A DNA stretch of 63,708 nt, the filler included, from an uncultured Rhodopirellula sp. (GTDB lineage Bacteria > Planctomycetota > Planctomycetia > Pirellulales > Pirellulaceae): the NCBI GenBank assembly GCA_964007735.1. It is 3 parts of 3 records of this genome, joined end to end, with 100 filler letters (N's around TTAATTAATTAA, not from the genome) between each part and the next. Parts side by side here need not be neighbours in the genome. Positions count along the whole stretch, not along the records: positions 23,274 to 45,480 come from CAXGAI010000061.1; positions 45,581 to 63,708 come from CAXGAI010000068.1; 1 more part is not named here. The stretch is one strand, 5' to 3'. The notes beneath the pieces were generated by a model that saw only the letters and a list, made by a program, of their open reading frames with translations, searched no databases and was not told the DNA's origin. Shown piece by piece: positions 43,695 to 51,703 of the stretch (position 1 is the stretch's first letter; every line of letters starts with the position of its first letter). Both the position numbers and the translations under genes were made by a program.

Positions 43695-45194
43695 TTAACG
43701 TTGATAGACCTCACAACGAGGTTCAAATATTACGTCATCATCAAGCGGAAACATCGGACGGGCGCATAGGGTGTGTCCTAAACTTTTCAAATTCGCACTC
43801 GTCGCGCCGGGGGCGTCTACATCTATATAGAGCGCGGCCCAATCCTTATACATCTGAGGTTCACAATGTGGTGATTTCATGACCACCGCATCAAAACGAT
43901 CAGGTTCCTGCCCGTGCGCTCTGAAGAACGAGCGATCAAACAGGTGACAGGCCCGACTACTGACCACAACCGTAAATGTTCCCACTTCTAACACCACAGT
44001 CGGACCTGCATGCCAAAGCAGCTTAAATGTTTCACTATAGAAATCCCCATCGGAAACCATCCGCACTTTAGCCTTCACTTTGAGTGGTTGATACCGTGCT
44101 GGGTCAACACCTCCCCCCAGGGACAATTCCACCTCGTTACCAACTCCTGCTGCTCTGGCGGCCTCCACTGCCGTTTCGTCAACGATTGGAACTAGCAACT
44201 GACCTTGATAACCTGCTTCATATAATGCCGCTAAAACGGCATTTGAATCACCGGATGCTCCGCTGCTAGTTGCATCCGCTGCATCCACTAAGACGACTGT
44301 CCCACCCACGTGCTCCATTGTCTTTTGAACAGCATCCTCCAGTGACGTCAGAGGGACCTGCATCTTCTCACGGTGCACCCAAAACAATTCTGCCATTTCG
44401 GTGGCGTATTGTTCAGCCAACTCCGGATTACCATCAAGGACGACAAGGCTATTTGTGCATAACTCCGGAACATCGGTAAACGGATTACCAATAAACATAC
44501 CTGCGGATAACCCTTCGTGGCTGCCTTCAATCTTCTGGGCTAACCGGATACATTCTCCATAAATACCGCTATCAGTAATAAGTTCATCACCACGCACTAA
44601 AGCCGGAACCCTCACCCGAACAGTGACCGGTTTGATATTCTCCCGAAGTAACCGCAATAACAATCGCGAGGCTCGCTCTCCTGTTTCGAATTGGTCGACG
44701 TGCGGATAGGTATGATAAACAACAATCGCGTCACTATGCTCAAGCATCCTTTCGGTCATAATCCCATGTAAATCCATGGACGTGACGATTGGAATATCCT
44801 CGCCGAGGATCTCTCGGGCCTTTGCCAGCATAGCGCCCTCCGGATCCAGTTCATTCACAGCCGCCATAGCGCCATGCATGCAAAAGTAAACGCCATCAAT
44901 GCCTTTGCCACGCAATGTTTCAAGCGAGGCAATCAACTCGGAGGAAAGCTGGTCCCATGCTGATGAACTAAATAACCCGCCAGAAGTGATCGCCTTAGCA
45001 CTAATGGTCGGAATAATTTCCACATCTTCTTCAGACTCAAAGACACTTAGCGCACCACCGATTTCATTAATACCCCCACGACTTGACTCAATCCAGGACT
45101 CGCCTGATTTAATAACAAAGTCGTGATAATGTGTTTCAGCTGGATTGAACGAGGAGATTTCCTGCATCAATTCGAACATCGCGATCTGAGGCAT
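43695..45194 (-). CDS. mlrC: M81 family metallopeptidase (MlrC-like)
   Basis: QEISSFNP; HGAM..DPEG; DLHG; YHTYPHVD; C-terminal GATS..RPMFPLD. Confidence 0.88.
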   Translation of the reverse strand: MPQIAMFELMQEISSFNPAETHYHDFVIKSGESWIESSRGGINEIGGALSVFESEEDVEIIPTISAKAITSGGLFSSSAWDQLSSELIASLETLRGKGIDGVYFCMHGAMAAVNELDPEGAMLAKAREILGEDIPIVTSMDLHGIMTERMLEHSDAIVVYHTYPHVDQFETGERASRLLLRLLRENIKPVTVRVRVPALVRGDELITDSGIYGECIRLAQKIEGSHEGLSAGMFIGNPFTDVPELCTNSLVVLDGNPELAEQYATEMAELFWVHREKMQVPLTSLEDAVQKTMEHVGGTVVLVDAADATSSGASGDSNAVLAALYEAGYQGQLLVPIVDETAVEAARAAGVGNEVELSLGGGVDPARYQPLKVKAKVRMVSDGDFYSETFKLLWHAGPTVVLEVGTFTVVVSSRACHLFDRSFFRAHGQEPDRFDAVVMKSPHCEPQMYKDWAALYIDVDAPGATSANLKSLGHTLCARPMFPLDDDVIFEPRCEVYQR

Positions 45195-45244
45195 AACCTA
45201 TTTCCTTCTAATCTGAATAACGACCTGCCTAGCGCCGTAGTACG

Positions 45245-45480
45245 CTACACTTTAATCTGAGCCTGCTGTCCCAATTCCAATACCTGCGAAGGAATACCGG
45301 AGACCAGTCTCAACTCACCAAGATCAAACAGTGTGTTCATAATCGTGGAGATTAGATGACCCGGGTGCAGTGGATTATCTGCCGGTTCTCCACCGTCTTT
45401 ATCCGAATGCCCGATAACGGCACCCTGTTCAAATCCTGAACCGTAGAGGAACAATGGAGCCAGTTTCGCCCAGTGATTTC
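45245..45480 (-). CDS. DUF1501 C-terminal fragment (cut by gap)
   Basis: NHWAKLAPLFLYGSG...GAVIGHSDKDGGEPADNP..LISTIMNTLFD. Confidence 0.75.
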
Positions 45481-45580
45481 NNNNNNNNNNNNNNNNNNNN
45501 NNNNNNNNNNNNNNNNNNNNNNNNTTAATTAATTAANNNNNNNNNNNNNNNNNNNNNNNNNNNNNNNNNNNNNNNNNNNN
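45481..45580. other. artificial contig spacer N44-TTAATTAATTAA-N44
   Basis: Same linker as at 23174. Confidence 0.98.
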
Positions 45581-45692
45581 CCAACAGCAACATTTTTCCA
45601 TGAAGCAATGTTTAATGACATGAGCAATATCCCTCGAAAGCAACCGTACCCCAATCATTGTACACGGCCCAGCGAAAGATCCCGGCCGCCAT

Positions 45693-46661
45693 TTATCGAG
45701 CATAATCAGGACAAGAAGGTTCTTTGCCCGTACGGGCCTGTAGAACGTCATTCCAGTCCTGACCGGGTTCGCTGGGGCTGTGACGCCGAAACACCACGCC
45801 AGGCTGTTCCAGGGCCAAATAAATGGCTTCAATCTGTTCATGCAGTGCATCACCTCCGTCGTCATGGTCAACGGCATTGATAATTTCACTGCCTGGGGAC
45901 ATTTTGCTCATGGCGGAACGGAGGAGGGTGGGTTGATGCGGATTCATGCTCCCTGCGGTACTGACAAACCGTTTGTTGTCGATCCCAAACAGGGCGGCAT
46001 AGGACAGGGCATCAATGCCGGTCTCGCAAATGATCAATTGCGTGTCCGCTTGAGCGGTGCCACTGCCAAAAAGTCGTTTAATGCCGCCAGGAGCAAATCC
46101 GGTGAAGCCCTTGTTTTTGAGTTCATAGCCGCAGAGGTCGCCTTTTTGCCGCCAATGGGGAATCAGAACGTTGCCTCGATCGTCGACCTTCAGACGACCG
46201 GCAAACTTGGGATGCAGGTAGATGGCGGCCGGGATCGCTCGATGCGTCGTGAGGTAAGGTATTTCACCTGTGATGGGAGAGGCGGCCGCGTAGCGTTCCT
46301 GGACCGCTTTGATGTCGATACTCACGGGCTTGAGACGTGCACGATTGTTCGGCAGGGCAGGGGGGAGCGGTCGATCCAGCACCGGCCGGAGAATTTTCCG
46401 CGTTTCACCCAGGTTACAACTCTGACGATTCTGAACAAAATCGATGATTGACCCGTTGTCAGTGGAGTCACGAACGGAGCAGAAGATCCAATGGTTGTCA
46501 GTCCCCATGCCGATAATGATTTTGTCCCCGTTGGCATGCCGCATGGCCGCGCTGTTAGGACTGCTGGCACGCCGATCCAGCTCATAGCCTTGCGACGCTG
46601 CGTAGTCCCGCAGATCGATGTCGCGTTTGAAGGCTTCCAGTTCATCGGATCGTGTCGGCAT
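45693..46661 (-). CDS. DUF3991 + Toprim domain protein (MGE primase-like)
   Basis: ELEAFKRDIDL..GDKIII..DNGSIIDFVQ; YLTTHRAI; DDRGNV; ICETGIDALSY; NAVDHDDGG; DWNDVL; start taken at MPTRSDEL. Confidence 0.8.
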   Translation of the reverse strand: MPTRSDELEAFKRDIDLRDYAASQGYELDRRASSPNSAAMRHANGDKIIIGMGTDNHWIFCSVRDSTDNGSIIDFVQNRQSCNLGETRKILRPVLDRPLPPALPNNRARLKPVSIDIKAVQERYAAASPITGEIPYLTTHRAIPAAIYLHPKFAGRLKVDDRGNVLIPHWRQKGDLCGYELKNKGFTGFAPGGIKRLFGSGTAQADTQLIICETGIDALSYAALFGIDNKRFVSTAGSMNPHQPTLLRSAMSKMSPGSEIINAVDHDDGGDALHEQIEAIYLALEQPGVVFRRHSPSEPGQDWNDVLQARTGKEPSCPDYAR

Positions 46662-46958
46662 ATGCTTGGGCTTCATCCTCATTGCAAATAAACAGGCCTC
46701 AGCATCATCAATTATGCCTGACATTGCAAGCAAATCATTGTCAAAACAGATCCAGTTGGATGTGACGATCTGACTGAGCGGTGGGTTTATTCCGACCTCT
46801 ACGAGGACGAGTGTTTCGACATGGCGCGTCAGTACGGCGCACCGGGTGAAATGGCGTTCGAGGACATCGATCGGTACGATCCGGATATACTGCATATATA
46901 CAAGTACGGCGATTCAATTTACACCTGATTTTCTGACCTTTCCTGAGGGCGCACCGAT

Positions 46959-47669
46959 ATGTTTAAGTCAATATCACATCTGCAAGTTGGAGTACTCAGT
47001 TTCATTCTGTTCAACATGCTGGCGACAACGTCTATGCAGGCTGAAGAGTTGAAGACGCCCAGCATCGCAGAGCTGACTACTGCGGCGCAAACTGGAGATG
47101 CCGAGGCCATGTACAACTTGGGCGTCCGGTGTGCCACGGGCAAAAAAATTGAGGCGGACACTCACAAGGCATTGGAGTGGTATCAAAAGGCTGCCGAGGC
47201 AGGCCATGCACGAGCTGCGTTGGCACTTGGCGAAATCTACGAAGCCGGAAAGCTTGTTGGTAAAGACGAAGAAAACGCTGCACGGTGGTACCTGAAAGCA
47301 GCCGAACTAGGCGATGTCGATGCGATGGTGAAAGTTGCACGGATATATGCCCACGGACGTGGATTAAAGCAGAGCAACGAACAAGCTGTGGTGTGGCTTA
47401 GGAAAGCTGCAGAGGCAGGTAGCTCCGACGCCATGTATTACTTGGGGGGTATTTACGCTCAGGGGAAACGTGTTGAGCAGGACCAAGTCAAGGCAACGGA
47501 CTGGTACCGCAAAGCTGCTGAGGCGGGAGACGCTCAGGCCATGTTCACCATGGGCGTTCGGTACGCCAATGGTGAAGGTGTTGAACAAGACCAAGCCAAG
47601 GCAACGGACTGGTATCGCAAAGCTGTTAATGCCAAGGATGCTGCAGCTGCCTTGCAGGAAAAGCAGTGA
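46959..47669 (+). CDS. secreted Sel1-repeat protein (5 repeats)
   Basis: Signal peptide; 36-aa AMxxLG..Y..G.G...D...A..WY.KAAE.G repeats. Confidence 0.92.
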   Translation: MFKSISHLQVGVLSFILFNMLATTSMQAEELKTPSIAELTTAAQTGDAEAMYNLGVRCATGKKIEADTHKALEWYQKAAEAGHARAALALGEIYEAGKLVGKDEENAARWYLKAAELGDVDAMVKVARIYAHGRGLKQSNEQAVVWLRKAAEAGSSDAMYYLGGIYAQGKRVEQDQVKATDWYRKAAEAGDAQAMFTMGVRYANGEGVEQDQAKATDWYRKAVNAKDAAAALQEKQ

Positions 47670-47803
47670 AGCGGTTCTTCCGCGAAACTAGCGTCACGGT
47701 GAAACAGGCAGGAAACGGGGGCAAGCAACGCAGCTTCTAGGATCGATATTGGGATTCTGGATCTTCCCGCTGACCTGGAACCCATTCTCTTGCGTACTTC
47801 CAC

Positions 47804-48586
47804 TCAGAACAGCTTCAACTGAATATGAGGTCCGGCCGGTGGCGGTTTGTTCTGCGGTTCAACATCTTCGGTTGGTGCAGCGTGTGGCTGCGTTAGATCA
47901 CGAATGGCATCCAAAATTTTAAGTGACTTTCGTCGTTGTTCTTCACCGACGCGATGCCAATGAATGTTGGTCCAGCGATCGAGACATTCAAGTTTCAGCG
48001 TGTCACCCAGGATAATCTCGGCCGGGATGCCCCATAAAGTGGTGTTGATGTATGCCATATCGCACGCGACGGGTGAAATATCCTGAAGGGTGGCCCGCAT
48101 CAGGTAAACATGCGGTGCAATCGCTTCGGCACAGGACAGGATGATCCCGCCGCTGCCGCAGCACGGATCGGAAATGCTGAATGGTGTTTGATCAGTCTTG
48201 ATCTTCTCCGGATCAAACGCCAGGCGTGCCATGAGAGATGATATCGCAGGAGGGGTGTAAAATTCCCCGCGATCGTTGCGTGTCACCGCCGAGTGGATCT
48301 CGGTGTAGAACATGCCCAGAACGTCCTCAAAAGGCCTAGATTCCATTTCATGGACGAGTAAGCCCAAAGCCTTGGCGAACTGGTTCAGATCGGATTTCGA
48401 ATAACCTTTGATGGCGTCAAAATACTCATCTTCACGTGTTCCCACAGCCAGAGAACAGGCCACAATTCGACAAAAATCCGAAAACACACTGACAATGGAT
48501 GATCGTGTGTGAGCAATGCTTCTCAGGACCGCTCGAAAATCTGTATCGGATGGCTTGCTTGCTGCTTTTTTGTGTTCCGGTGACAT
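47804..48586 (-). CDS. short N-6 DNA methylase-like (HsdM-like) protein lacking motif IV
   Basis: GEFYTP (X), DPCCGSG (I), LQDIS (II), GDTL (III); no NPPY/F; ends QLKLF; AAGGA RBS before MSPEHKK. Confidence 0.8.
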   Translation of the reverse strand: MSPEHKKAASKPSDTDFRAVLRSIAHTRSSIVSVFSDFCRIVACSLAVGTREDEYFDAIKGYSKSDLNQFAKALGLLVHEMESRPFEDVLGMFYTEIHSAVTRNDRGEFYTPPAISSLMARLAFDPEKIKTDQTPFSISDPCCGSGGIILSCAEAIAPHVYLMRATLQDISPVACDMAYINTTLWGIPAEIILGDTLKLECLDRWTNIHWHRVGEEQRRKSLKILDAIRDLTQPHAAPTEDVEPQNKPPPAGPHIQLKLF

Positions 48587-48641
48587 GGCTTTAATTCCTT
48601 TCATCTCTGTTGACCGATGCCAACCAACAGCAGCACACATC

Positions 48642-48707
48642 CCACTGCGCCCGGGTCACTTGGTGCGGACCACAGCTCTGCGAGGACACGGCCCCTTGGC
48701 GCAGTGG
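48642..48707 (-). promoter_or_regulatory. stem-loop upstream of the MTase-like gene, candidate ssDNA (Frpo/CUP-like) promoter
   Basis: Perfect 10-bp inverted repeat CCACTGCGCC / GGCGCAGTGG enclosing a 46-nt GC-rich structured loop. Confidence 0.45.
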
Positions 48708-49088
48708 AAAGAGAGATGCGAGGATTGCATCAATGGGCAGAAGATTTGAAAGGAACAGCCAGGTCATTGTGCCAAGCACAATGGCACGGCAAATATGATG
48801 AAGTCCAGTCTCGAATAAGATGTCTGCATTTTGAACGAGCAACCAATGAGTTTGAAGCAAATTAATTGGATTTGATCCAAATCGTGATGTACACTTGTGT
48901 GTTGATCCTGCACGGATGTAGGAAAAAATTCAGATGCCCAGGCAAGGAAGAACTGTGAACCAGGGCAGATGTTGTGGCATCGTAAACTCACCCAATCTGC
49001 CACAAAAATTAAACAAATCAGATATTCGGGGAAGCGTTTAACGCAAGATTTATACATGTCTTCGGGGTTAAAGAGGCCACAGTGGCTC

Positions 49089-50555
49089 ATGAAAACAAGC
49101 AAACAAAAAGCTGTAAGAACATCTGACTTAGCGTCTCTATCCCGTCGTAAGCCAATTTCTATTGCCCCAGCCAACGACCGAGCGGCCAAACGTGATGCGC
49201 CTGTTCCTGATATTAAGGTTACTGAGGAACTAAATCTCCACCGTTTTCCCCAACATCCTCGTCAATCACCTGACGAATTTTCTGCTGGTCAATTGACTCA
49301 GAAGATGGATTTTGTGAACGATGAGAACAACGAACTACAAATTATTCAGCCTAACCCAGCAACTTGGCAGAACACCGATCTTCCCGAAAAGTTAATTAAA
49401 ATTCTTAAGAAGTTTTGGGACGACAGGACCAATTTATGGCAAGCCTTAGCCAAAATTGGTGTGATTCAGGCAGATCAATATGACCGCCGGGATCTGGTCA
49501 ATGCTTGGGGTTGGGAACGCTCCCGAATCCAAAGAGCCTTCGAACGCAAAATTAACAAAATCATCCAACGGAAAAATACACCCCAAAACAAACGAGACGA
49601 TGCTCAAGAAGCATGGCGACTTCTTGAAGAAGTCAAAGGGTTTGAAATTGGCGGCACTGATCCTGATCGCGATCTACCACCCAATGAATATTCACCTGCA
49701 GCTGCCTGGGATAGCTTAAGTTCATTCATTCGCAAACACCCAGAAACGGTTTTAGAGCCAGACAATGAAATAAATCTTCGTTTCCAAGTTTTTGAAGTTC
49801 CACCTTCATCCTATTCCCCAAAAACCAGCCTGGAAATGACACATTTCATCAATCCTGCCATAGGCCTTATGTCTGCTTTACACCAAGCAAATATTCAAGA
49901 ATTCAAATTTCCTCGCCATGTTGTGTCAGTTGGAGCGTTTTTTCGGGTCACAAATGATCGCTTACGCCAAATTTTGAAAACAACGTTATTAGAAAAAATA
50001 AAGCAATCCAACTTAAATGAGGAACTCGCACAGGAGATACAAAAAGAACTCTTTAAGTGGGAAGCTGTAGTCAAACGAGTACAAGAAGACAGAAAAGTCT
50101 TGCAAAAACAACGGGAATTGTGCAATTCTCGAAGGATGAAGTCGAAGACAGAAGCAGTCACAAACAGATTTAATACGCCCACATCCGATGTGGGCGAAGA
50201 AGTTGCTGATCGATTGAATCAACTGCTTCCCACAATAAGCCAAGCCGAACTGGAATGGTGGGAGAATTGCATTGTTGAAGCCCAGAACAATCCCCCAAGT
50301 GACTTACGCGCTTTTGTTGAAAATCTGAACCGCTTTCTCAAAGTATTCGGCTATCGTCTAGAAACAAAAGAAGGACATCTATGCAGTCCGGTGATAAATA
50401 AAGATCGACGTGGAAATGATTATATTCAACTCAGAGCCAAGAAGAATGGGAATGCAGTAACACGTGGTTTTATAAACACAGAATTTAAACTTGTACCTAT
50501 TGTTGAGAATTTCAATGGAACTTTTACAAAACAAGATGATTTAAGACCTGTGTAA
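49089..50555 (+). CDS. hypothetical protein, AT-rich, about 490 aa (start uncertain, 48969-49089)
   Basis: Long open frame, helical composition, no recognised motifs. Confidence 0.7.
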   Translation: MKTSKQKAVRTSDLASLSRRKPISIAPANDRAAKRDAPVPDIKVTEELNLHRFPQHPRQSPDEFSAGQLTQKMDFVNDENNELQIIQPNPATWQNTDLPEKLIKILKKFWDDRTNLWQALAKIGVIQADQYDRRDLVNAWGWERSRIQRAFERKINKIIQRKNTPQNKRDDAQEAWRLLEEVKGFEIGGTDPDRDLPPNEYSPAAAWDSLSSFIRKHPETVLEPDNEINLRFQVFEVPPSSYSPKTSLEMTHFINPAIGLMSALHQANIQEFKFPRHVVSVGAFFRVTNDRLRQILKTTLLEKIKQSNLNEELAQEIQKELFKWEAVVKRVQEDRKVLQKQRELCNSRRMKSKTEAVTNRFNTPTSDVGEEVADRLNQLLPTISQAELEWWENCIVEAQNNPPSDLRAFVENLNRFLKVFGYRLETKEGHLCSPVINKDRRGNDYIQLRAKKNGNAVTRGFINTEFKLVPIVENFNGTFTKQDDLRPV

Positions 50556-50578
50556 TAAAAAAATTTTCACCAAAATAC

Positions 50579-50617
50579 ATTCCCGGGAATTGACACACCC
50601 AATAAAAATCCTACACT
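50579..50617 (+). promoter_or_regulatory. sigma70 promoter TTGACA-N16-TACACT with abutting palindrome ATTCCCGGGAAT
   Basis: -35 at 50590-50595, -10 at 50612-50617, 12-bp palindrome at 50579-50590. Confidence 0.65.
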
Positions 50618-50693
50618 TTATCGTAGAACGCTGGCCAGCGTAAATCGTCATCATCACCCACACCTCATACCCTTTTCATGAAGGAACTAAACC

Positions 50694-50843
50694 ATGGGAA
50701 ATGCAGCAGACGCAGCAGCAGCAGACGCACGTCGTTTGGCTACTCAAAACAAACCCCTCGGCAACACCTACTCCAATGCTTCCGCCACCGTACGCAAGGC
50801 TGCGGAAGCGGCTTACCAGGATCAGATCAAGAAAAACAAGTAG
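50694..50843 (+). CDS. 49-aa Ala-rich microprotein (absent from ORF track)
   Basis: AAGGA RBS; MGNAADAAAADARRLATQNKPLGNTYSNASATVRKAAEAAYQDQIKKNK*; followed by terminator. Confidence 0.65.
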   Translation: MGNAADAAAADARRLATQNKPLGNTYSNASATVRKAAEAAYQDQIKKNK

Positions 50844-50857
50844 AGATCCAAACTTTT

Positions 50858-50893
50858 GCTGCCCGCGTCGATCGAAAGACGCGGGCAGCTTTT
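50858..50893 (+). terminator. intrinsic terminator
   Basis: GCTGCCCGCGTC-GATCGAAA-GACGCGGGCAGC-TTTT (12-bp perfect stem). Confidence 0.8.
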
Positions 50894-50926
50894 CACTTTT
50901 CCTTCCACCGCCTAAAGGAGTGATCA

Positions 50927-51082
50927 ATGAGCCGCGCTCCCTCTCAATTCGATTCCAGCAAACATCGTGAAGTCGGAAAAATCTACCGTGATAAGACTTT
51001 CTCTGAAAAAGTCGGTGACTTCTTCATTGGTCTTTTCATCGTAGCCGCCATCATCGGTGCCATCGCATTCTTTGCCTCGTAA
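50927..51082 (+). CDS. 51-aa tail-anchored membrane microprotein (absent from ORF track)
   Basis: AAGGAG RBS; MSRAPSQFDSSKHREVGKIYRDKTFSEKVGDFFIGLFIVAAIIGAIAFFAS*. Confidence 0.7.
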   Translation: MSRAPSQFDSSKHREVGKIYRDKTFSEKVGDFFIGLFIVAAIIGAIAFFAS

Positions 51083-51108
51083 CTGCTGATGAACAACGCT
51101 TAACGAAT

Positions 51109-51157
51109 AGCGTTTGGCGTGCCTCGGTTCTTCGGTACGCCAAACGCTGTTTTTTTT
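51109..51157 (+). terminator. intrinsic terminator
   Basis: AGCGTTTGGCGTGCC...GGTACGCCAAACGCT followed by G and T8. Confidence 0.85.
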
Positions 51158-51189
51158 ATCGATGCTCTTTCCAGGAAAGGTCCACCGCC

Positions 51190-51678
51190 ATGGAACCCAT
51201 CCACTATGTCGGCCTTGGAATTGTATTGACTTGGTTTATTGTTGGAGAAGTCAGGAAATCCCGTAAAAAAGCAAAAGCAGCAACAGCACATGGCGTTATC
51301 GTTATGACGCCTTCAGCGATCACGCACAAATTTTCACATGGGCAAATCGCCAAAGGTTGGATTATTGCCATTGTCGCAGCCAATCTATTGGGGGTAGCGG
51401 CATGGTACGCCAACAAAATAATTATCACCTCGCAAATGGCTGAAACTGCCACGGCAGCTTTTGCCTTTATGGGAATATCGATCGGTTACATGCTTATCAC
51501 AGGCTATTGTGCCGGAGCATTTTTCCCAAAGGGATACGCTGAACAAGCAAAATCCATCAAATTAGGCTTGTTGCGTTTTATTGGATGGCTTGGCGCAATC
51601 CTTTTTAGCATCTCATATTTGGGATGGATGCTTATCATCTTCGTTTCGTCCTGGTCGTGGCTGACAGACCTCAGCTGA
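51190..51678 (+). CDS. hypothetical membrane protein (about 4 TM)
   Basis: Four hydrophobic segments; 25 nt upstream of virD4. Confidence 0.7.
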   Translation: MEPIHYVGLGIVLTWFIVGEVRKSRKKAKAATAHGVIVMTPSAITHKFSHGQIAKGWIIAIVAANLLGVAAWYANKIIITSQMAETATAAFAFMGISIGYMLITGYCAGAFFPKGYAEQAKSIKLGLLRFIGWLGAILFSISYLGWMLIIFVSSWSWLTDLS

Positions 51679-51703
51679 TCCTAATTTTACGGGAGATACA
51701 ACG

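Noticed and set aside
45581..45635. Possible gene start (MSLNIASWKNVAV.., minus strand, GAGGG RBS) running into the gap
   Set aside because: Only 13 codons visible; cannot be supported
46662..46895. 78-aa N-terminal extension of the Toprim ORF
   Set aside because: Recognisable family sequence only begins at MPTRSDELEAFK
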